A model generated the notes under the pieces. That model was not told where the DNA came from, ran no database searches, and worked only from the letters and a program-made list of their open reading frames with translations. Position numbers and translations under genes: made by a program. Shown piece by piece: positions 12,787 to 24,700 of a stretch of 64,000 bases of DNA (positions are counted from its first letter, which is position 1; each line of letters opens with the position of its first letter). Source of the stretch: Raillietiella orientalis (lineage: Eukaryota); contig JAYWIR010000013.1 of NCBI GenBank assembly GCA_036172245.1, forward strand, positions 2,976,001 through 3,040,000, read 5' to 3'.

Positions 12787-15700
12787 GTGAGAGGAGGCCG
12801 CCCATCCCCCAGCTTCGCGCGCTCTATAACTTGGGGACCACCGCATCTGTGCGCGTACAGAGAGCGAGGGAAGGGGGAGAAGGATTCGAGAGGATCACCA
12901 TTCTTCCCTCATCTCTTCCCCTTTTTTAGAAAGAGCAAGGTCGGGGGCGGGTGGTGGACTAGGAAGGGGGGAGGGGAAACGCAAGGGTGTCCCATCTTTT
13001 CCGGGATACGAGGTTGCTGACATGATCCCTTGGCTCGTGGTTTCCCAGGAAAGGGTGAAGCATGAGGAGGAGGAACGGAACAAGGCGAAGGCGGCCGAGC
13101 TTCACCACCAGTGGGACAAGCAGACGCGCGTCCCCCCCGGACCCGTGCCTTCAGGGGTGAACCACCTTGAAATCCCCATCGACCTGGCCATGGCCTTCAA
13201 TCATCTCGACGGTTGGTGTCCCCGATCCTACGAACGGCGACGCCGCACCTGTCCCTCCTCTTTTGGGGTCCCCGTTTTGTCTGCAGAGTGGAAGAGGCCT
13301 TACACCGAAAAGCACGTCTGCAAGGTGACCGGAGAAGTCTCTGCCGTCCCCGAGTCCCTGAGGCTGCCCCCTGACGTGGACTACTACTCATTCTCCAAGT
13401 TCGCCAACGTGTACTTCAAGGTGTGGTGGGCAACGGTGCCAGGCAGTTTCTTGGTGGGCGGGGGATGACGGCGACCCTTCTTCTCATTTCTTTCCTCCCC
13501 TCTCCGCCTCTCTCTCTCCCTCCTCCTTTCGCACCGCAGGCCCACGTGTGGGGGATGAAGAGGGACCCCATAAGGACTCCTTTCCTTGCCAAGTCGAACC
13601 CGAAGGACGCCCAGGAGTCCCTGGCAGTTTTCAAGCTGATCTTGCGCTTCATGAATGACGTCACCCTGTCCGGCGAGAGGGAGATCGTCCTGGGAAACTA
13701 CATCGTGAACAAGGCAAGGGAGCAGACGCGACAGGAGGTCGACCCGGCTGCTGCAGCTGCGCGCGCTCGCAGCCTCGCGGTCCTCCCTCCCCCCCTTTCT
13801 CCCCACTCCCGGCTTACTTATCTGTAGGGGATACACAACGAGAATCTGCGGGACGAGATCCTTTGCCAGCTGTGCAACCAGACGTGGAAGAACGACAACG
13901 ACGAGACCAACCGAAGGGGGTGGCTGTGCGTGGCCAACTGCCTGTGCTGCTTCCGTCCGAGCGCCAACTTGCACAAGTACTTGCTCAAGTAGGTCGACGG
14001 GATACGGGACACGCTCGACGGGACACCGTTCTTCCCATCCTCTCCTCCTCTTTCCCAGGCACGCTTCCGACCATGCCCACGACGGATACAAAGGGCTCTG
14101 CCAGAGGCAGTTGCTGGCCCCCATCCACAGCGGCTCGCGCTCGTGCCGCCGCTACCCTCCTACTCTCCTGGAATGGAAGGCCAACAGGAAGAGGATGAGC
14201 ATGGCCCTGAAGGCGACTTTGTGCGACGGTAGGAGCCCCGGGGGGAAGGGCTGGGGTCTCGTGTGTGACCGTTACTTTTTTCCGTAGGAACCTCCTCAGT
14301 CGCGTCGGCCAAGTCCTTCATGACGTGTGAGGAATTCGCCGGGAACCTGCTCAAGTCCAGAGGGACGAAGGAGTACCGCGGGTGGACCGTGCGCCTGGAG
14401 GTAGGGGAAGCCTTCTACGACATGCGGGGATGCGACTACGTCCTGGACCTGATCGGGGAGTTCGAGCTGGCGCCACCGAGACAAGACTGCGCGGGCTCCA
14501 GCCTCTCCGACGAGCAAGGGAGTGAGGGACGGGTGAGGAGGATACGGTTTCGGGGAAAGGATGCGATCCTCCTCCCTCCTTCCCCAGGGAGCGAGGGCAG
14601 ATTTTCTGCCTGGGGCGGGGTTCCTCCTGCGGACCCAGAATGATCTCTCCCGAAAGAAGAAGTCCCCGGAGCTGTTTCCAGAGCGATTGGTAAGGAGTGC
14701 CCCTACCCCTCTTATGGGGTCCACGGCGTTAATTCCAGGGGTTCGGGGTCGACGACGGCCATCGCCGCCGTCCCGAGGGAGGAAGGCGCCCGAGGCGGGT
14801 CGCCGAAGACAGCGGGTCAACTGAGGATCTGAGGCTTTCCAAGAACACGGCCCTCAACAACCGCTACTTCCAGAACCGCAGCAGGAGCCTGGACGCCCTC
14901 GTGAGTGTGCTGGGGACAGTCAAAGCTCTCTTGGCAACCGACGCTTCTGATCACTTTCTTCCAGGACAAGGAGGTGTCCTCGAAGGACGAGAGGTCGACC
15001 GACCACCTGGTACTGTCCAGGAGCAGGATGAACGAGCGTTACCATAGCTCCGAGCTCCTGAACGCGGTCGCGAGAGGTAGCGACGGCGGTTCCCCGGCGA
15101 AGAGGCAGCCGGCGAGCAAGATGAATCGTTCCCTGGAAGATGTCCAGTTGCAGGGTAGGGAGATCCTCCGGTCCTGGAAGAACACCGACGTCAGCCGGAG
15201 CACGCTAGACGACAGGTGATCCAGAGGGGAGGAATTCCCTCCCTCCCTCTACTCCTCCTCCTCCGTCTTCCGCCGGCGGGAGGAGGAAGGAAGAAGGAGG
15301 GAGCGCGCGACCGGAGCTCCCGACTTTCCTTCCTGCTACTCCTCCTCTCCCCTTCGCAGGTATCCTGTGCCCGGAGATCGGAAAGGCCCGTCGTACACCA
15401 AGGCCGAAGCGCCTGTCAAGCCGTCAGACGCTGGAAGTCACGGCGGCGGGGGTCGCTTCGCCCAGCAGCAGCAACAGCAGCAGCAGCAGCAGTTAGCCAG
15501 AAAGTCTTCCGAGGACGAGTTCACAGAAGAAGAAAAGTAGGTCTCTGCGACCCTCCGCTCCCCTTCCCCCACGCAGGACTCTGTAGGTTCTCTGTGGAGG
15601 CCAAGTTCCACCACAGCGAGTACCGCAAGAACTCGGTGCCCGCGGCGGCAGCAGCAGCCCTGAGTCGGGTGGTGGTGGATCACAGCCTGAAGTGGTCCAC

Positions 15701-18700
15701 CTTATCCGACACCAGCGAGACGGTGTCCCTAGGTCAGTTTCCCCTGCCTTTCCCGCGTGGCCACATCCTTTCTTCCGTCCTCCAGCCTCCCACGTCAAAG
15801 GAGTCAAGGTGCCTTCCGTGAACTCTGACGTCGATCAGTTCCTGGATGATCTGTTCATCCCCGTGCTGGACGATAACCTGGACGAGCTCTCGAACGCACG
15901 CTCTTTGGTCGCATCGCTGAAAGGCGGCGGTGGCGCGCCACCTGCGGAACTTCCCGAACGCTTTCTGGAGCGTTTCCTGTGCGACCTGCTGGGTTCCGTT
16001 CCCGTCTCCAGGGACGTCCACGGACTGTTCAGCGCTGGGGAGTTGGCCATGTGCATCAAGGGAGGCGAGCAGCCGAGTGGCATGGACCACATGGGAGCGC
16101 AGGTGAGTGTCTCGGGAGGAGGGGGGGGGTGTCGAGGCGGGCGCGAAAATCTCCCCTGGGCACCACACAGTCCAACACCTCAACGCAGACGAGCAGCGGT
16201 GGATTCCTCCTCCAGCCCATGGGTGTGGTGGCGTCGTCGGCAGCGGCTGCTGCAGCCGCGGGAAGGAGCCCCGCCGCCGAGGTCATGGCGCAGTCTCCCA
16301 TCGTGTATCCCGGTATCGGGATGCCTCTGTACGCTCCTCAAGGCAAGTGGCGTTCTGTGTTTCCTCGGTCCGCGAGGAAGGGAGTTGACGTGGGCGACGG
16401 TCGGGTCACGCCGATCCGTCCTCTCCTCCACTTTTCCTCCTGGTCGCTTCCTCCCCACTCGCTTCCTTCCGGGATGAAAGGCTCCTTTGCCTCTCCTACA
16501 GGCCTGCCGTTTACCAACCTCATCCCGGGATCGATTGGCGTGGTGCCCGCTGGAGCCATTGGGTCGCCGACGGTGGGTCTGCTGGGCGACGGCCAGGTGA
16601 TGGTCTCCCCTCACCCAGCGGCGTGGCAGCAGCAGAGTTTCCTGCAGTCCGCCGTCTCCCAGAACCTGCAGCTGCAACAGCAGCTCCTCATGCAGAACCA
16701 GGCTTTGCAGCAGCTCCTGCAGCACACGGTGAGTTCCGGGGATTCGCGGAGATGGAGCTGTATCGAGCGGATCCCTGGTCAAGTGTTTGGAACCGGAGGT
16801 GGGGGGAGAGGAAGGGTCAAGTCTCCTCCTCCCACCCTCTTTTCACCATTGAACTACCAGCATCAATCTGTCCCCATCGTGCGCAGTTTTTTTCTTTCCC
16901 CTGGACTCACCCACCGACCCACGAGAGAGGCGGGATGGGGGGGGTGAGTGCCGCGGCACCCAAGGCAACGGCGGCAGACTCGAATTTTTTCCTCTGTGTT
17001 TTACCCTCCTTCCCTCTCCACCCTGCAGATTTCGGCCAAGAGCCAGCAGCCGTCTCCAGCTCTTCCATCGGAAGCGCCGGCGGCGTCCGACGAACTTGCC
17101 GGCGGACACCCCGCCAATGGCCTCGTGGAGCCGGCGGCGTTCGCACTCCGCGCGGCCACTATGGCGGACGACTTCTCCGGAAGCCGCCACCGCCGCCACC
17201 AGCAGCAGCGCCCGGACCAGGCTGCCGCCTCGTCCTCCGCGGCGCACAGGAGTGCGGCGACCGCCTCGGTCGTCTCCCGTGCCATCGACTCTCTCCCCGC
17301 GGACGAGGAGGTGAGTAGGTCATCTCTGTCTTCCTTGCCCTGGACACTTCCCCGGCCTTGACACCCCCCCCTCCTCCGCCCCCCGCTTTCCACCGCCACC
17401 ACTCTTCTTCTCGATACCGCAGAGCATCGCCACTGTCGTGGGGACTCTTCCTCGCCCGACAGCCCCTCCGCCCCCTCCACCCCTCCCTCCGGCGCCGGAG
17501 CCCAGCAAGCCGTACCTCGACGTCTACGGGCGTGCCAAGACCGTCCGCATCGGCAGATGGCGCTGGCCGCCCCCGAAGGACCAGGACGAGGCCCCCGACA
17601 GCTACATGGAGTTCAAGTTCCGCCAGCAGCACCGGAAGGCCACCGCCTCCCACCGCCACCACCAGCTGCATCAGCCTGACGTACGTGGCGCTCGCGAGAG
17701 GTTCCTCCCCTCCGGGGGGCAGCAGGAGTGCGGGAAAGGCAGGAAGAGGGGGACGCAGGCATCTTGCGGGGAGAGGAGGGAGGGAGAGGGAAGATTGGGG
17801 AAGAGGGAAGCACCCTTGAAACCATCGGGCGAGGAGGACCGCGCTCTGGCCATGGCAGGGCACGCTGGGTAGGAGGAGGAAAGGTCGAATTTCCGATGTC
17901 GGAGGAGACGGGAGGGGGAGGGGAGACACTCGCCCTCCTGACCGCTGGGGGGTCGAAAGGTGGAACGGGCGCGCGCGCAGTCTGGTTCGGTGACAGACAT
18001 CTGGCAGACTTCCTCCTGTCGGAATGGGGGGAGGGGGGAGGGAAGGGAGGTTCCCTCCTTTATACCAAGATGCGCCAGTGGCTTCCGAGAGTTGGGGAGG
18101 GGGACTTGGCGATTTCGCAAGGTGGGAGGGGTTGCGTTTCTCCTTCCCGGAGGAGATCGCAGCATCCTGGCTGCTCTGGCTAGACTGACGCAAGGAACCC
18201 GCGCTCCTTCGCTGCGCCCCCTTTCCCCATGCCCTTTTCGCGCTCTCCTCGACTTTCTCAGGCCAGCGGGGAGAAAGTCCGAGTGGGAAAGTGATCTCCC
18301 TCCTTCCCCCCTCGCTGGTCCCCTTCCGGGTCTTTCCTCTTCTCCTTCTCTCCTTGATGAAGAAGCGAGAAGCGGACCGTGAGCGCCCCTTCCGCGGAGC
18401 TGCTTCCAGAATTCTTTTTTCCTCTTTCCTCCCTCAGGACGCTTACGATCCGAGGGACGCCTCGGTCAGCAACGGGGACATCGAGTGGGAGGAGTACGAG
18501 GTCCCCGGCTGTCCAGAGGTTGCCGATGGCGGTGGTGCCAACGCACCTCTCGTGTTGGGGTCCAGGACCTTGGGAGCCACCTCCCCGAGGACCGTGGACA
18601 GCGTGGGAAAGCTGCGGATCCCGAAAGAAATGAAGCAGAAGCTGGAGAGGCTGACCTCGACCCAGAAGGTTCCCCGCAGGCAGCAGCCGGGGGACGAGGT

Positions 18701-21700
18701 GGCGCCCAGGAAAGTGGGAGTCGCGATCTCCGAGGAGGCGTCTCCCGGGAGCAGGCCCGCGGTTAGGGCCTTCGAGAAGAAGGAAGCTCCCCGCTACGCA
18801 CTCTACCAAGTGAGGGTCCCCTGCACCTCTCACCTTCTATTCTGCTCCCTCTGCAGGCAGAGGACGCAGGAGCCCCCGAGGCTGCCGCCACCAGGTTTGG
18901 GAAGAAGCACGCGCCTCCCCCTCCCCCTGTCCTGCCCACCCACCACCACCACCGCCACGGGGACTCATCCTCCCGCCTGTCGTCAGCGTCGCTTCCGGGA
19001 ACGAGCTCCAACTCCCCCAGGTTCGGCCCTTTGCCTCCTTGCTTTTCTTGCAGGGACCCTCAAGCGTTCCCTCCTCCTTCACTTCATCCCCCCCCCCTTC
19101 TTTCAGCCTCCCCATGACCCCGGAACAGCAGCGCCGTTCTCCAATCCCGTCCGCTCGGTACATGTCCCCTCAACGCCGCGGGAAGAGGGCGTCGTCGTCG
19201 TCGTCGCCGCAGCAGCGACCGGAGGCAGCAGCGTCTGCAACAGCAGCAGCAGCAGCGGACGGTGAGTTTCCGCTTCCCGCTCTCTCCAGGAAGGGAGGGC
19301 GGGGTGTGCGTGAAAGTGGAGGGTCGCCTTCGCTCCCCCCTCTCCCTTTCTCCCTCTTTGCCCGCAGTGTCTGGCAGATCCGACGACTTCCCTCGGCGTG
19401 CCCTCGAGCCCCGGGTGCTGATCGCTCCTGCTCTCGCGAAGGGGGGAGACGAGGACGGGGAGGAGGAGGAGGAGGAAGGCGAGGAGGAGCGCGCACCCAA
19501 GACACGCCTGCATGTCGCCGACAAGGATGCGTCCCCCTGGCACTGTCACCTGTCCTACGAGAAGGTCCCCTGGGTTCTGCGCATCAGGAGAGAGGTCGGT
19601 GCCATCGCAGGTGTCTCTCTCTCCCCTCCCCCTCCGTTTCTTCCTTCTTGTTGTTCTGTGTCTGCCCCCCTCTTCCTCCCTTGCTTTTCCGCCTCCCGAA
19701 TCGGACTGCTTCCCTCCCCCTTCCTCGTAGGTGTTCCTGCCCCACGAGGAGGTGGTCAGCGCGTCCGTCCTGCACGCCGTGTTCGCCCAGATCCTTCACG
19801 ACGTCTTGGACGATCGGTGTGCGCGCATCCGCGAGGAAGAGCGGCAGAAGGCCCTGGCTTTCCTGAGGACTTACGAGATCTCCTTGGACAACGTCCACCT
19901 TCCTCGTCACAAGCTCTCCGCGAAGAGGGCGCTCATCGAGATGGCCAGAGCGTGGCCCCTGTACTTTGCGCGCTTCTTCGTCGTCGACGTGAGTCTTTCC
20001 CCTCCTCCCTCCGGCGCGTTGTGGGAGCGCACCGCTCCGGATCTCCGTAGGCGGGAAAGGACTATCCCACGGCCGACTACCTGGCCATCTCGGAAACGGG
20101 ATTCTTCCTGGTCCAGTCGGAGGGAGCGCCGCCCGTGCTGCACGTAGTGGGCGCCTTCAGGTAAGGCCCAACGAAGGGACAAGGGGGCTCCACCCCTTCT
20201 CAGGCATCGTGGCATTCTTATCAGCCAGTCCCTCGCCCTCTTCCTTTTCCTCTTCCCGGGTGCCTCCGCGTCCCGACGGATGCAGGCAGTCCTCTTCCCA
20301 TCCTCTTCTTCCGGTGATGTTCCCTCCTCCCTTCCTCCTCTCCTGCTACTCCCTCTTCCTCCGCGCGTGTCTTCCCGCGCGGTAGAGCCTGAGTTCCTCT
20401 TCCCTTCAGCTTCGACGAAATCGAGGAGGTTAGCTGCCCCCACCGCCACGTCGTGCAGGCGATGTTCCGCACCGGAGGGCGTCTCGTGGTACAAAGCAGG
20501 GAGGCTGTTCAGGTGCAGAGGATGCTGGACGAGTTCGTGGCTGCCGCAAGCATCGAGGTGAGGCACAGACATCGGAACCGCGCCCATCTTTGAGTGCGCG
20601 CTTGCTCCTCCCTGTCTGGTTCCCCGTCCCGACGGCGTAATGGGGTCGATGACGCTCACCGCTTTCCTCTTTGTTTTCTGTGGACTCCCGGGTGCACGAC
20701 GCGGCGTCCTCATTCTTCCATCCTCTTTCTCCCCTTTGTTCCCCTGGTCCTGTTCCGGGATCGCAGAGCTCGTTCCTGTTGCCCTGGAGACTTTGCGCCG
20801 AAGAGTGAGCACCCCCTTCGGGGCGACTGGTCGCTCCTGAGTTCTCTGAGCAAGCTGCCCTCTTCTAAGTGCCCATCTTCCTCATCATCTGTCCACAGGG
20901 CCTCGCGTCCCCAGGACTTCTCCCCATTGGGAATCGGGAGTCCGTTTCCACCTTGGCTTGGTGATGGGGATGAGGCATCCGCTCCGGCGAAAGGGCAAGG
21001 GGTCTGACCCCTCGTCTCCTTTGTCACCATCTCCCCTCTTTTTTCTCCCTCTCCCTCGGGCGCGGCGACTTGGAGAGTGTTGGACAGTAGCAGAGGAAAA
21101 GACGTGATCGTGGCTCACGACCCTTCCTTTTCCTTCGTATTCCAGAGAGCCGGCGGTTTCCTGCATTCCCATGACACGGATGGTGCCATTGAGTCCGCGG
21201 TAGTGAGCCACCACAAGCCACGTCTGAACCGCCACTCGTCCGCCTCTTCGGCTATCCACAACCACGAACACAAGCAGCGTAAGTGTCTCCTGCCCTGCGC
21301 GGTTGTGGATGAATGGAGGCGCGCGCAGCTCGCACCGCGGCCGATCGCGGGATGGGAACCGTCGGTGGAATGGGAAAGCTTGACAAACGGACCCCCACCT
21401 TGCTAGGAAGGGGTGGTGATAGTGAAAGACCTCGTCGCACGGATGGCAAGGGGGCTCAAGTATGGTTGCGTGACACTGGTAAGCGGCAAACTGAAGCATG
21501 GACCGTGGACCTGCGATATTGTTCTCCCCCCCCCCCCCGGCCCTTGTCAGTTGTCATGGAAACAGCAGCAACAGGAGGAGAACCAAGGTTGTTGGTTTCC
21601 ATCTATGCATAAGCGCCATGTGCCACGTGATCTATACGGCGTGCCCCACTTCCGTAACCTCCCGCGATCGCGCACCACGTCTTCCTCCCGAAAAGCGTGG

Positions 21701-24700
21701 TGAACCCACGGGCACGCATGCGGTCTGCACGTGGAGCTCCCTTGCCCTACTCCTCCTGTCCCTCCACTGCCTCTGCTGATCACCTGCGTTTTGGCATCAC
21801 TTCCTCTCGGGTCTTTCAGCTTGTCCTGGTGTCGTGCTTCTCCTCCTCACCCTCTGAGCACGGGACCGAGACTTTGTCAGCCAGTCTCCGTGAGCGGCGG
21901 GGTCAGGAGCTGGCAACCTTCCTCGGTCCCACAGTGACGGAGGGTAACCACCCTTCCTCCTTTCCTCGATGCAAAGGTCCTGATCTTCCGAGCGGATCCG
22001 CTTCCAGCCAGTGTCCAGGGAGACCACGTTTTTCGGTCACTGGCCTCGGACCGCAGTGCGTGCAGTAGGCAGTCCCGTGAACGGGATGACTCCTCCGATG
22101 GTCCATCACGTGACCGCGGGTGCTCCATGCTCATTCGGAGCGACACCTCGAAGCGATAACGTCGTCGTCCCGCCAGGGGCGCCAATGCATGCTGACAACG
22201 AGCTTTGCCGGCGCTCCGATCCTCGCGTGCCGAACCGGCAGCGTGCAGTTCAAGAGCCGAAGAGCGCGCACGCTACGGCCTTGGCGGCGAAGGGCGACTG
22301 CCGCCGCCAGTGTGCTGCCACCTCCTATCATTTCCGCCACATGCGTCGTCGCACCTCGTCGCACCAGCCATGCAGGCGCGAAGGCGGCGCGCTCATCTCG
22401 TTCTCCTCACGACCTGTCCAAGCGTCATCCTGTAATGAGGGAGAAAAAGGAAGTCTGCGACAACCTCGGAATTCCCTCACAACCGGGGTGGGTGTTTTGG
22501 AGCTCCCTGGATACCGAGCGTCCGGTAGAACCCGCATCCGTTAAAAGGCGCTTTCCCGTCCAGAAAAGGCGTCCCTCACCTCCTGCCGATCTGGCAAGGG
22601 AGACAGGAGGGAAGGCGAGCCTGTCCATTCTCGTTCCCCCGTAACTCAGGGAAGGAAGAGAAGATGGATGGCTCACTAGCTTTGCTCTCCGATCATCAGG
22701 AACCGAGCCAACGCGGAGTCGCCTCTTTGAGAGAGTCCCCTTTTCCGGGACACCAAGGAGCACCTGAAGCTCATTACATCCAGGAGACGGTCAGCTTAGA
22801 ACCAGGGCGGAAGCCTTGTCCCTGGTTGAAGGCAGGTGAAGACCGAAAGACGGAATGTTTCCTCCTAACGTGCATTCGGATTTGTCCTTTGGCACCATGC
22901 CGTGTCTCCTGTTTTTCGATAACCGGCTGGACCCCCTTTACTTTTCTTTTGCTCCTTGAAGAAGACAAAGGGTGCGAACTGAAGAATCTCTAAAATAGTT
23001 CCGTGTTAACGCAGCATCCTGTTTCCAGATGCAGATCAGCGTATCCGTCGACACGTGTTCCCTCCCTACTTGAGAGATTTCTTCATCCCAGCACTAGACA
23101 GATAGATCTGAGTCTCCACCAAGAAACCCACCCTCCCTTTTACCATGCGTGAGTTTCTCATCTTGCGGATTATCCCCCAATTTTCTTCCACTGGAATCCC
23201 CGTATTGTAGTGGTTCACGGTGCTGCTCCGAACCGTGGTCACCTCTTTGCCACCATCTTCTCTGCTCTGAGTTCGTTCTGCAGTCTTCGATTTTTAGGGG
23301 GGTTGGCTTCTTTCCCGGTAGTATCAGCGTATGGCATCCAAGGCAGACCGCAATTACCGCAGTAACAGCAGCAAAAGGATGAGTCCAATGCTTCCGTATC
23401 TTCTGATCTGGGGATGAGGAAGTCATGTAGGTCTTTTTCGGGCTGTTCCAAGCAGTAGCGGTCGTTCCACAGGGAATTCATGTTTGGTCAGCCTACCGAT
23501 CTTCGTTACCGTGTGCTCTATGACCGAAGGATCTGAATCGTGATTCTCCCGGGTGACGACGGAGGCTCTCCAAAGAACTGTCCATGCTCGCTGCGCTCGT
23601 TATCAACCTGTTTGCAAGTCTTGGCTGCAAATGTCATCTGTTCTTCCGTGTTTTCGGAGCGTCTTGAAGACGCGGAACCTCGTAAAGGCGACACTTGGCG
23701 GTTGAGGTCAACTTGACGTTTTTGTTTGCATCCCTCGTGCTCCCTGTACGGTTTTTCCCTCTGCGTGTATCGTGCGTATCTCGCGTCAAAGTCCTCGTTC
23801 CTGTCGGGTGTAGCGTACCAGTCAGTGAGCAAGAGCGAGCCGTTACCCAGCGTAAGAACCTTCAGCTCTTTGAAGCACTGAAGAATTCTCCTGAGGGTTC
23901 TTTGTCTTTCTGAACCAACTGAGCGTTTTCTAGCCCTGCACGTGTGATAGATTGCCGGGGTGCGCCTCGACGGGGTCGAGGGATGCAGAAAGCATCATTG
24001 CACCTTGCACTCCAGTGAGGCCGTGCTGCTGCCATAGGCAGAGGTGGGGTGCACGTCGCAAGACGTGCTGGAAATTCCTTTTCTGGTGTCGTTCCTGTTC
24101 CTGTTTCGCTTGCCAATTGATGTCCGTTTCCCCCAGAATGGACTCCTGCCAAGCCGGAGAAGCAGACCTCGGACTACAGCGCCTCGGACAGCAAATTGCA
24201 GATGCGGAAAGCAGCCATCACGGTAAGGCGATTTTCCCATCCCTTCAGTCAATTTCGTCTTGGAGGAGCATGCTCACACTTGAAGCATCTGCATGCAAGC
24301 GTGTGCGCGTGGCGACTGTTGTACAGAGCTCTCCACAGTAAAGTTTCTTCCACACAAAAAATAAGACCAAAAAGTTCGGTACACTTTCTTATCTCAGTTT
24401 CCACAAGAGAACGAATTTGCCGTTTGCATGCAGGTGGTGCATTCGCAGAGTGGTGACGTGTCCTTCCCAATCTTATGAAGATGTGCAAGGATGATGGCGC
24501 ACGAGTGGCTGCTCGAATTTCAAACTTGCTGGAGGGGGGGAGATTAACCGCGACATCATCACGAAGTGAGATCCCGATAATGGTGATAGGATGCGTTGGA
24601 GAATGGGCCCATTTTGTTGTGGATGCGAGGTGTCATGGAATCTTAATCATGCGAGAAGACGCCCCGCAGAGCCAGGGGCGACGTTGGTCAATTTCTGATT

